Source of the DNA: Octopus bimaculoides
Taxonomy: Eukaryota
DNA length: 61,691 bases
NCBI RefSeq assembly: GCF_001194135.2
Contig: NC_068992.1
Location: forward strand, 45,407,794-45,469,484
Direction: 5' to 3'
Part shown: positions 1 to 11,368 of the stretch, piece by piece
Layout: each line of letters starts with the position of its first letter
Numbering within the stretch: the first letter of the stretch is position 1
The notes under the pieces: model-generated
Database searches by the model: none
What the model saw: only the letters and a program-made list of their open reading frames with translations
Told to the model about the DNA's origin: nothing
Position numbers and translations under genes: made by a program

Positions 1-288
1 TTTTTGCCGAACCGCTAAGTTACGGGGACCTAAACACACCAGCATCGGTTGACAAGCGATGTTGGGAGGGGGGGACAAACACAGACACACAAACACACAC
101 ACACATATATATATGTATACATATATACGACGGGCTTCTTTCAGTTTCCGTCTACCAAATCCACTCACAAGGCTTTGGTCGGCCCGAGGCTATAGTAGAA
201 GACACTTGCCCAAGGTGCCACGCAGTGGGACTGAACCCGGAACCATGTGGTTGGTAAGCAAGCTACTTACCACACAGCCACTCCTGCG
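1..288 (-). mobile_element. tRNA-derived SINE, family A (octopus OR/OK-type, CORE-like body, internal TA/CA microsatellite, 3' module cut by the window edge)
   Basis: Reverse complement begins GCAGGAGTGGCTGTGTGGTAAG (A-box-like), then GGTTCAGTCCC (B-box-like), then CCTTGGGCAAGTGTCTTCTACTATAGCC. The same sequence recurs at 20070-20459, 38201-38352 and 42530-43497. Confidence 0.9.
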
Positions 289-409
289 CATAATACAGAT
301 TTTCTATTAATCTTTACTTCTTGTACTCTGTTATTCGGTTACGTTCTTCAGCCGATGCGCTGCGGCGATGCCGGCGCATCACCTAGAATTGTTTAGGTGA
401 TCGAGTCGG

Positions 410-879
410 TCAGTATAAGCTGAAGGATAAGCACATTATTAAATGTTGTGTATATGGCAATGGTGTTGTCGGTGATGATAATGGTGATGGTAGTGATATT
501 GCTGGTGATGAGTATGAGGAATTGGTTGTCATGTTAATCATGATGTGAACAGATTTTGGTATGTGGGCATTAGTAGTTTGGAAAGTTAACAAGTCAGTAG
601 CGGTAGGCTGTTTTCGTTTAGTAGAATCGGCAAATATCAAGTGAAGCATTGTAAGATGCTCCTTAACGAGTTGGCAGGATTTCGAAATATGCTTTCAATT
701 AGATTCCACTTGTTTTGCTGTTCGATTGTCAAAAAGTGGGAAAATTTTAGAAGCAACGTCACTGACGCATGACGCTTGTGTTTTGGCTTTTTGTGAAAGA
801 TCAAGCCAGCTCAGCTGCTGAGTAGGATAGCATTTTCATTCTCTGTCCAGCGAAGTTTCTTTTGGGCTATTTTGCTCAT
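410..879 (-). pseudogene. Disrupted Myb/SANT-like ORF (transposon- or host-derived)
   Basis: ATG at 879 reads MSKIAQKKLRWTENENAILL. After one frameshift it reads ...SKIFPLFDNRTAKQVESN*KHISKSCQLVK, in frame with the track ORF 410..649. The TGA falls where the helix-3 Trp of a Myb repeat is expected. Confidence 0.5.
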
Positions 880-880
880 A

Positions 881-1335
881 GTGATAGTAGTTGCATCTTT
901 CCTTTCTTCGTGTTACTAGTCAATAATTTAAGTGGATTCTCTTTTTTTCCCCACACTATGTGATGGAAAAAAGATAATTTTGGAAGTGAAGGATGTTTGA
1001 GTTTTGCAAAATTATGTGATAGTTTAAAATGTATAATCTTGTGTATTTGGCCATTAATTTTAAACAGAAGTATACGAGTGAAATGTCATGGTGACAGTAG
1101 TTGCTGTAAAGTTATTTTATTTTGTTTATGTGTTTTCTCCTTCACTCGTTTAGCTAGTCAATAATTTAGGTGGTATTTCTTTCTCTCTATGTGATAGAGA
1201 AAAAATGATTTCGAAAGTGAAGGGTGTTTGAGTTTTGCGAAATTTTGTGACATGTATTGATATGTATAATCTTATATTTGTGGCCGTTAGATTTAAACAG
1301 TGTTTTAAACAGGGATATAAGAGTGAAAAGTCAGA
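881..1335. repeat. Old diverged tandem duplication, two units, period about 210-240 bp
   Basis: GTGA(T/C)AGTAGTTGC at 881 and 1091. CTAGTCAATAATTTA at 916 and 1154. GTTTGAGTTTTGC, ATGTATAATCTT, TTTAAACAG and GAGTGAAA occur in the same order in both units. Confidence 0.85.
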
Positions 1336-1562
1336 AGTGTGTGTATAAATTCTGATTACACGTAGGCACTTTAAATTTCTTTTAAAACATCTTATTACAT
1401 TTAAATTTTTATCGTACAATTAACCAAATTAGCATAGAATAATGCCTTCATATTTTTGTATAATTAAGGTCTAAACTGTCAATACATGAATGCGAAAGAG
1501 ATAGTTGAATAAATGTAAACCTACTTTTAGGTCACCCTCTATATAAATATATGCATTTATAA

Positions 1563-1565
<3 letters not shown>

Positions 1566-1607
<42 letters not shown>
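1566..1607. repeat. (TA)n microsatellite
   Basis: Direct reading. Confidence 0.98.
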
Positions 1608-1610
<3 letters not shown>

Positions 1611-2764
1611 CACAAAAAAAAACAAAAGACGAAGACAGGTGGTGTAACCATATTTATATATATATATATTCACATATGAATAAGTGTATGTATATGTATA
1701 CTTATATATAATAATATAAATAGTATATAGTTATATGCATATATCCATACATATATGTACATACCTACATCTATATGTATACATACATGCATATATGGGT
1801 ACAGGACATAAAAAAAAACGAAAACAGAAAAACGAAAACAGAAAACGAAGTTTTTTCGAACAACGAAAAAAACAGAGAAACGAGACTTGCAACATAAAAA
1901 GTATATCCCTCCATCAGTTGTCCCTGTTCCATCTACTCCACACACATATATACGTGTGTGTGTGTGTGTGTGTGTGTGAATTAGCGTGAGTGTATTAATA
2001 TGCATACATACAAAGACGTAAAAGTTGATACAGATAGGGAAATGTTTCTGTTTCCGTTTACAAACGAGTAAATAAATGCGCAGAACATAACGTACAGCGC
2101 GTTTATATCTTATTATAAGCTGAATTCTCCTGAAACCGAAACATCTGTATAACGAAAATCTAGACACTTCACTTTGTTTTAACACTTGTGCGCGCGCACA
2201 AACATACATAAAAATACTTACGCATACATACACATAAACACACACACCACACTCTACGTACAGAAAAACGCACACATTGGTGATAAGAGATGTAACAGTT
2301 TTGAGTTTCATGTCTTCCACGAAGGCGTTAGTGATGTAAGCTAAATATCTTCAACTGAGCTTGAAACAGCATCGCAATCTGAACCTGAACATACAGCACC
2401 CCGCCAAATCATTTTCCTACAAATATTATAAATAATCTGAACATTTGATGGAAGATGATAAAGCTTTGGGGCGTCTGTATTACAGTGCATTCCACTAAAC
2501 ATATTGTCTAAGAAACGTATTCAGTGTAATGTCTTTGCGTGTGCGCGCACATACACACATGCAAACATATAGATACACAAACAAACCTTTAACGTAGTTG
2601 TTGTTATTGAAGTGAAACCTATCTGTTACAATCCGCCGTTTCCACTCAGCGAACTTTGATACTTACTTGAAATGATCCCTTTCTTACAAGAGAGAACACC
2701 ACAGTGAACATTCTTTGTTGTCAACTTATTATTTTTAATAAATCTGTTGCAGTGTAACAGAACT

Positions 2765-2792
2765 AGAGAGAAAGAGAGAGGGAGAGGGAGAG

Positions 2793-2870
<78 letters not shown>

Positions 2871-2881
2871 TGTGAGAGAGA
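2765..2881. repeat. (GA)n microsatellite / polypurine tract
   Basis: Direct reading. Confidence 0.98.
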
Positions 2882-4382
2882 AACAAAACAAAAGAAAAAT
2901 AATAACATATTTAAACAAATAAAAATAATTCTACACATCAGAAAGTTTAATATCTCAACATATTTTATTCCACTACTGTTTTTTATGCTCCGTTTTCTAC
3001 TGAAATATTTAGCAATTCATGATTCTATTATTTTATTATTTTAATGATCACTATTTCAGTAACCTTTCTATATCATAATACTAAGATATTGTAATTTTTC
3101 TTCACAATTTTCGTCTGCAACTTCCCCTGTTGAATGCTAACACAACGTAGCTCTAGGCTTTCAAAGTACACTTCTTCCTATCGTGCCAAACCGTTTTAGT
3201 TGCAATATTTCCGACAATATGCAAAATTTCACAGTCAAAGTTTCAGCTCCGGATATCTACACGTCTTTTACATTTTTACTTAAATTTCAGTGTTAAAAAC
3301 ACCGCCATCACCACCATCAACATCACCATCACTACCGTCACCAGAATTAGCAGCAATGTCGTGTATTTCCTTGAGAATTCTGAGTGAACAGTAGCTACAT
3401 AAACAATAGATTCGAAAACAATGGCGAAAAGTAGAATTAACTAATGCTGTGATAGTTTTTGATGGTTTCTGTGATGGATATTTAATTAATGATTATTTAA
3501 CTTTTGACAATTATGGGAAATGTTTTGTGTACACATTTTAAAGAATACTTCAGTTTCGCTTTCCTTGAATATCTAATCGCAGACAATTAAATTTCATAAT
3601 GCTCTAGCAATAGAAATCTAATAAAAATATTTTATTAGGTAACAAACATAATAACTGAAATAGTGGACTTTTAATTTTCGTTATTGAGAATGTATTCTAT
3701 AAATTCTTTGACATGTTTAGAGACACAAAGAATAAAACAAAATGTATTGAAAAAAAAAAGGTGAGAAACAAAAAGTATAATCAAAGATGCAACAAGTTAT
3801 TTATTGGTTAGAATAATTTAGAGTAACAATGAAAAAAAAAATTAATAAAGAATCGATTGTTATTAAATATGAATATTTTACTATCTGACTTTATGCTAAA
3901 GAATTTAGTAAATTTAACTTTTAAGGGTTATAAGAGAAAAGTTTTAAAACTACAACAACCTATACACACACTCTTACACAGAGACAATAACACACTCTTA
4001 TACGATTATTACGCTAAATAGTCACACATTGAACTTTATTTACTACGATTATTTCTTTATATTGAAATTATTTTGAAAAGACATCGTCAAGTCTCACTGA
4101 AGCAGAAACTCAAGCTGGATTGTTTACACTGATTGCACCTTACACCAAACAGATTTAACTCCCAAATAACTTTGCCTCTTCTACGCCAATACACAGTGTT
4201 GACGTCTTAAGAAAAAAATACAAAGCAAAAAAAGATATATATATACCAGAAAAACATAGTCAAATAATCTTAGTTTAATACATACACATACATATGTATG
4301 TGCGTATAAGTATTTAAGTGTGAATGTATATTCCTTAAGCTATTATTACATAAGCATCTTTGTATGAAAGTCATATAGACGC

Positions 4383-4394
4383 ATACACACACAC

Positions 4395-4438
<44 letters not shown>

Positions 4439-4925
4439 TCTAAATGAAAATGAAATTACATGAACAATTATTCACTCAGTATGATGTTATATATATATAT
4501 ATGTATATANNNNNNNNNNNNNNNNNNNNNNNNNNNNNNNNNNNNNNNNNNNNNNNNNNATATATATATATATATGTATGTATATACACACACAAATGTA
4601 TATATATATTTATATATAAACTCATATATGTGTATATATGTATACGCACACACATACATATATACACATATATGAGTTTATATATAAATATATATATACA
4701 TTTGTGTGTGTATATACATACATATATATATGTATACTGATACATGTATATATGCATATATACATGCATATGTATATATAGATACATGTGTATATGCATA
4801 TATATATATATATGTATATACATGTATACATACATGTATGTATATATATATACATATGTATATGTATACATAAATATATGTATATACATATATACAGACA
4901 CTGACACACGCACACACACATATAC
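4383..4925. repeat. (CA)n array followed by a long TA/CA/TG-mixed cryptic microsatellite spanning a 50-N gap
   Basis: Direct reading; Ns at 4510-4559. Confidence 0.95.
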
Positions 4926-5334
4926 ACGCTCACCAATAACACGTACATACTGCTATAGTCAATTCAAGATTTAACACGCTGTTATTAACAGTTTCGTGAG
5001 ACAAAGAAAAGCACATTAAATCTACCGAACTTCCACGACAGCAGTGTACTTCATATTAATTTATTGGATATAGAATTGATTTCTTGTCTTGTGCCATGAT
5101 TCTAAGGTGTTATAAGGAAGACAGGTCCTCTAAAACTCTCTTAGGTTAAGTGAGTAGTTGCTTTAGGTTGGCGAAATTAAATAGAGAAATCTCATTCATT
5201 AGAAAATTTCGAAACCACTGCGGAAATTATCCTTGGCTCAGAAGAAAAATTGGGTGGAGCCCTAAAAAGAAAAAAAAAAAAAAGGGATTTTGCAATAATG
5301 GAAGAATAATGCTTAGAGTATTTTGGGAAAAAAC

Positions 5335-5399
<65 letters not shown>

Positions 5400-5818
5400 T
5401 TATGTTTGACTTTTGTTTTGCATTTGTACAAGTTGGGTCCAAGTCTCACCCAGAGACCTCAAGAGACAACAAGTTAGAAGTTCATGTAGGTGTTATGCCT
5501 AGGGTATCATATATTTGGATTTGTACAGTTTTGTTCTAGTGAATGTTTAAGAAACCATAAGAAAATTATGTGTTTGTTTTAAAATTTGAGATCATATAGA
5601 CAGTATTTTACGTAGGATATGGGCAGTTCCCATGAGCACTATCTTTTGAACTTCAGCCATTTTGGGGTTTCTTGGTATCTGAGCTAGGTAGTAATCAGCC
5701 CGTTTCGCTGTCATTCCCAGGGCACCTATGACAATAGGTATTGTTTTCGTCTTCAGATTCCACATTTTGCTAATTTCTATTTCAAGATCTTTATATTTGC
5801 TCAGTTTTTGGTAGGTGT
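5335..5818 (-). mobile_element. 5'-truncated R4/Dong-clade (REL endonuclease) non-LTR retrotransposon 3' end, with 3' UTR and (TAA)n tail
   Basis: ORF 5592..5840 reads QKLSKYKDLEIEISKMWNLKTKTIPIVIGALG...QKIVLMGTAHILRKIL, the typical REL-LINE C-terminus (K..KY..L..E...W..K...IPIVIGALG). About 190 bp of UTR and (TAA)n at 5335-5399 follow. Confidence 0.88.
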
Positions 5819-5835
5819 TATTATTATTATTATTA

Positions 5836-5970
5836 TTCAAATGCCGTCGAGGTCAAGTTTAGCTGTCATCTTTTGTGGTCGATAAAATAAGTACCAGTTG
5901 AAAACGAGGATTAATGTAATCGATTTCAATAACCCCTAAAATTGCTGCCCTTGTGGCAAAATTTGAAACA
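5836..5970 (+). mobile_element. tRNA-derived SINE family B, 3' two-thirds
   Basis: TTCAAATGCCGTCGAGGTCAAG...GTCGATAAAATAAGTACCAG...CTTGTGGCAAAATTTGAAAC matches the family-B copies at 22610 and 37702. Confidence 0.8.
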
Positions 5971-8119
5971 AATATTATTTTTGTTGTTGTTGTTATTGTT
6001 ACTGTTGTCGTCGTCGTTGTTGTTGCTGTAAGATTTGACTCCTACATATGTTATCGAGTACTGAGTCATCATTTAACTATATGGAGATTCTAAAATTACG
6101 TCGTTGTGAACAGAGCTCTTCGTTTTGCCGCATAAGGCACAGGAATATTTAACATAAAACGATGGAGTTCCTATTTTTCTTCTCTAAAATTCAGTTCGCA
6201 AGATTGAATAAACTTCCTTATATGATTATTAAACTTCAGGCAGGACCATTTGTTGGATTTGACTCATGACAAACAAACCTATCTATTTCGTGATTTTAAT
6301 GTTTACGTAGCATTATTCACACTCCTCATCTGCTCCGGGAGGATTGTCAACTGAAGATCAACTTGGTGGTGATTGAGAACGATAGAGTGTAGGATCTGCA
6401 AAAACTACTACATATTTCAGTACATCTACATGAGATGTCGTTTCAACACATAAAGCACTCGGCGGTTTGACGACCATAATCATCAGGTTATATATTATGA
6501 ACATGAGAATATTCGCATATTTCAGTCATTGTTCAAGATGACAATAAAGACATGAGCCGCTAGTTTTCGCTTTCTAACATAAATATACGTGTAAGTCTTA
6601 TGAAATGCCATCATGCTGAAAAATATTACAAAATATTGAATTGTGAGTTCTTTCCGTTTCCATTTGCACAAATTAAATTTATGATTTCTTTCTTTGACAG
6701 AATTCTAACCAAGTGGCAAATGACAAAAGCGTTAATAGTGGAGAAATGAGCCAAGCAGTCACCATATTAGAACTAACTGGAAGTTATATGAAAAATCTGA
6801 AGTGAAAACTTTCTAACTCTAACGTTGTTGAAACGACTTAATCTGAGAAACGTTGGTAAATGGAAAAAGGAAATTGAGAAAAAGATTAACAAGTCTGCAA
6901 AAGGTCGATATTTCGGTGACATTCTCGTATTCTACATTGCTCCGCCAAGTGACAATATATTCATAATTCACAAAAGAATTATCAGATATGCATGACTAAG
7001 TCACTCAGTTTAAGAATCGTGGCTAACCGAAAATGCAATATATATTTAATAAAGTCATACTCGTCCATTGGGTAACCGGAAGGCCAGAGAAAGAAAGAAA
7101 AAAAAAGGGAGAGTAGAGAGAGAAAAGAAGTGAAAATGAAAGAAAAGAAGGGAAAAAATGTAAAGAAAAATGTATTGCAAAAGAGTTTGGAAATCTTAAA
7201 CAGAAATGAACTTCTGGAGGTCATGAGTGGGAGTGGGAAAGGTGGCTTCTATGTTATGATTTACAATACTGCTAATACGAGTCGCTGACAATACAGTTTT
7301 GACAGCTCATCAAGATGGTGTTGTAGAACGAATGAAAGGAAAGTTCTCAGAACAATAGATCCTTCCACTGTATTGAAAATTCGGTGCTATCCTAATAAAG
7401 GAAGCGTAACAAGTTTTCTAACACTGGTATTATTAGACGTGTGAACTTGCTGCCAATCAAAAGAGATTCTCTTCTTCTAACAATCGTATTTAGTTCGTCA
7501 ATGACACGACTGTGAATACAGATATATATCTCTCTCCATCACTCCCATTCCCCCTCCATTTTTCCTACCAATCTCTCAATTATACCTCACTTCCTTCTCT
7601 ATTTCTTCTCTTTCTGTTATCGTTGTCTTCTTTTCCACTGTCCATGTATCACTCCTCTTCGCTTATCTTCCCTCTCTGTGTGCTACTCCTCCTGTCTACT
7701 TTTTCTATCTCTCTCTCTTTTCTATATTTCTCTTGGAACCTCTCGCTTTATATGTCTATTAACAGATTTGTCGATGAGCCCCTAACAGCATTATTGGCAA
7801 CAAATGCTCATTTAATATTTAAGAACAAGAACGACCATAGTTTACCGAAGTGGACATTACTCTATGTAACAACATGTAATATTGGGTGGTATCAACCTCT
7901 CCACCTCCATAACACACTAATACACACTATGTTGAACGTGTACAATGGTTCTTCTGGCAGCTAATAAATTGAGAAACATAATTTTAGTGAAGTACGGCTG
8001 ATATAGGACGAGAATTATCATTATCACGACTTATATTTCTATTATTATTTTACAGGATCTTTATAATGTCTGAAAAAGTGCCTTGCAGTATGCATTCCTG
8101 ATCTTTACATCATGAGTTC

Positions 8120-8255
8120 AAATACTACCAAGATCAACTTTACCTTTAATTCTTTTGGGTTCGATAAAATAAAGTACCAGTTAAGGACTGGTGTTGGTGT
8201 AATGAAATAAACACCACCCCTAATATTGCTGGTCTTGTGTCTAAGTTTGAAACAC

Positions 8256-8311
<56 letters not shown>
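8120..8311 (+). mobile_element. SINE family B fragment with (ATT)n tail
   Basis: GAGTTCAAATAC...CAACTTTACCTTT...TTCGATAAAATAAAGTACCAG...GGTCTTGTGTCTAAGTTTGAAAC, then (ATT)n at 8257-8311. Confidence 0.82.
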
Positions 8312-8312
8312 T

Positions 8313-8410
<98 letters not shown>

Positions 8411-8987
8411 CGTAGTAGTATTTTCGTATGCACTCAACAGATGAGACTGCTGGAAAAGAAAAAATCCTAACATCGGGCTACAAAAAGTAACCTTAAATGT
8501 CAAGAACCCTTCTAAGCATCCTAGCTGTCCCTAATAACACTGTTTTCTGGAGCCTTTCTAAACTGGGTTTTATCCCTATTTGCTCTATCCATCTTCTTGT
8601 ATTCGTTCTGTGCCAGCATGCTACATTCACTTACTATGTGTGTAACGCTTTCCTCTTTTGATTTGCGTAACCTACATTAAGAATCTAATTGTTTTCGTAG
8701 TATATTTTGGCTTTTATCCAATTAGTCCTTAATACTTGATCTAGTGCAGCTACCAGCAAGCTTTGTCTCTCTCTTTAGCTTTCCTTTCTGCAACCATAAC
8801 CATGTCTCACTACTACTATTTGCTGCAACTATCTTTGGGAATCTACTATGCAAATCCTTCTCTAGCCAGTCAGATAACGTCTGTTTTTTCTCTGGGTAGG
8901 TAAAGACGATCTGCGATTGCCTTTGGGTGGTGCATCTTATTGCAAATCAGCAGCTTACGAATTTTCCTTTCAAGATTTTTTATTTTG

Positions 8988-8990
<3 letters not shown>
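8313..8990 (-). mobile_element. R4/Dong-clade LINE derivative with two internal deletions and a (CTA)n tail
   Basis: Three blocks on the minus strand. Block 1: IKNLERKIRKLLICNKMHHPKAIADRLYLPREK (post-RT HHPK..DRLYLPR motif). Block 2: WLEKDLHSRF...ETWLWLQKGKLKRET/LVAALDQVLRTNWIKAK...CRLRKSKEESVTHIVSECSMLAQNEYKK (CCHC region, frameshifted). Block 3: EQIGIKPSLERLQKTVLLGTARMLRRVLDI*. The tail reads (GTA)n on + at 8313-8420. Confidence 0.88.
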
Positions 8991-9077
<87 letters not shown>

Positions 9078-9093
9078 TTCTTCATCATCATCA
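8991..9093. repeat. Compound (ATT)n-(ATC)n microsatellite
   Basis: Direct reading. Confidence 0.98.
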
Positions 9094-11100
9094 TTATTAT
9101 CATTGTTGTCGTTGTTCAAGTGCTAAGGTTCATAGTATCGACTAAGCTACTCCCTTCCAAATTTTTGGTTTGGATCCAAGGTCAGAAACCCTTATTTGTT
9201 AATGCTTAAACCTCGTGAGTGTAAGGCTGAAACAACTCAACTTTTCATTCTTCTATACATCCGCCTACGCATTTCTCCTCATATTCCTAACCTTGTGCCA
9301 CAAATTCATGAATTAATGGCTTATTCCGCTTCTGGTTAAGAAGCATTCATCAGAGCTGTAGACGTTCGTATTCCAGCCGTAACTGTCACATCGTTCTTTT
9401 AGCCACACTATTATTGAAGACAGCCGGGTGAAGTTTTGAAGACGGTTTCGCCGTTATTTCACGCCAGCTGAGCAACCACTTAAACAACCCATTATGCCTG
9501 ATTATGGATTATTATTATTATAAAATTTTTGACAATTTAAGATACAATTCGTTATATTATTTATCAAGAAAAACAAATCTTCATAAATTATCGACTGTTA
9601 CGATAACGAATAAAAGGAAGCATTACATTGCATTTGATTGTTTTAGCAAAAAGGAAATATGGAGGAGATAAGTTACATATTATGAATGTGTTATTAAAAA
9701 TATGCACATAGAAACATTAGAAGCAGGTTTATAACAGATTAAAGATTAAGTGTAAAAAAGAAAAATGTGCCTATATTTAAGGGTAACTTTTGCACTTATG
9801 GTTTAATCAGTTATAAATCTGCTTTTGATATTTCGATGTATATATTTTTAATAACGTATTCATAACAAATAACTTACCTCTTTTGCATTTGACTCCCATT
9901 TGAACTGTTTTTGAAAAAACGGTCATAAAACAATATACTATTTCTTATTCGTTATCGTGACTTTGGTTAATTTATGAAAACCTATATTAGCCAAAATTTT
10001 CTGATAAATAAATTACTAGATTTCTTTCTTACGTATTCATATTTTCAGTATTTCTTTCTTTTTCTCCTTCTTTCCCATTCTTTCTTCTCTATTCTTCTTT
10101 GCATCATTTTTTTTCCATTTACGAATATTTAAATAGACGAAACTTAACACTTCCAACATTTTTACTCTCTCTCCCCTCTCTCTCTCTCTCACTCACTCAC
10201 AATCTCTCTCTCACTCACTCACACACTCTCTCTCTCTCTCACTCTCTCTCTCACTCTCACTTTCTCTTGTTCTTACTTTCACTATTTGTTATCTATCAAC
10301 TGATTTCTTTCTTTTCCTAACCGCTCACATGCAATACCCCCCAGTTTACATTGGTTTCTTTGAAATCCAACTTTTTAAAAGTTTCCCGCATAGAAACCTC
10401 GTCTTAACTCCTAAGTTTCCATTTATATTTCCCATAAAAATGTCTTAAATTTCAGATCGAGTACATTTGAAGCGCGTCGTTAATAGGTCATAAAGTACGC
10501 GTGCATTCAACCCCAACCCCACAAAAATACAGACAAACAACCGAATTTTGATTTATTTGTAAAATATTTCATTCGGAACCATGTGTCGCAATACAACATG
10601 AGGAAGATTAATTTTAACGAGCTAACTTCATTTCACTACTTTTCAAACATCCTTGTTCCCCTCTTTACATAGAAATAATCTGTAAATATTTCCCTAGACC
10701 ACTGCTAGACCACTCTTTTGCCTATTGACTTCAAAGCTCCACGCTGGAAGATGGTAAGATTTTAATATATTGAGCGTCGTGGCCTCATCACGAGGCCATG
10801 TTCTCTTTCCTATTCCGGCTTCCCTTCGTTTATTCTATTTTACGCATTTATATTCACTCTGACAAAGCTCCATGCACTAGAGCGAATGTCCTATGAAGAT
10901 GATGTATATTATTTTCAAAATTCTTTCTTAAACACAGACTGTCAATGGACGTGGAAACGGCTGTAAGAAATGTTATATCATGTCTTGTATTAAAAAAATA
11001 ATCTATAGATGTGATCTATGGTCCAAGTTGTTGATCAGTTTTTTTCCATTTTCTGATTATTTTAAGTTGTTTACTGTTGGTGGCGTTCTGTACCCATATA

Positions 11101-11292
11101 TATGTATGTATATGTACACACACACACACGTTTCATATATGCATATATTTGATTATTTATAAATTTTGAACTGCAAAAACTCCCACTACCTTTGTGTCTC
11201 TCAGACATATACATTTACAAATGATAAGCATAAAACTAGCGCCTAAATAACTATCCTAATACTTTACATATTGTGTGCCCATNNNNNNNNNN

Positions 11293-11368
<76 letters not shown>

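Noticed and set aside
230-288. tRNA-like A/B boxes (also at every SINE head)
   Set aside because: They run into SINE bodies and give no complete cloverleaf; these are SINE promoters, not tRNA genes.
7302-7337. TAHQDGVVERMK resembling the copia integrase PQQNGV.ERM motif
   Set aside because: An isolated 12-residue match with stops on both sides and no other integrase motif or LTR.
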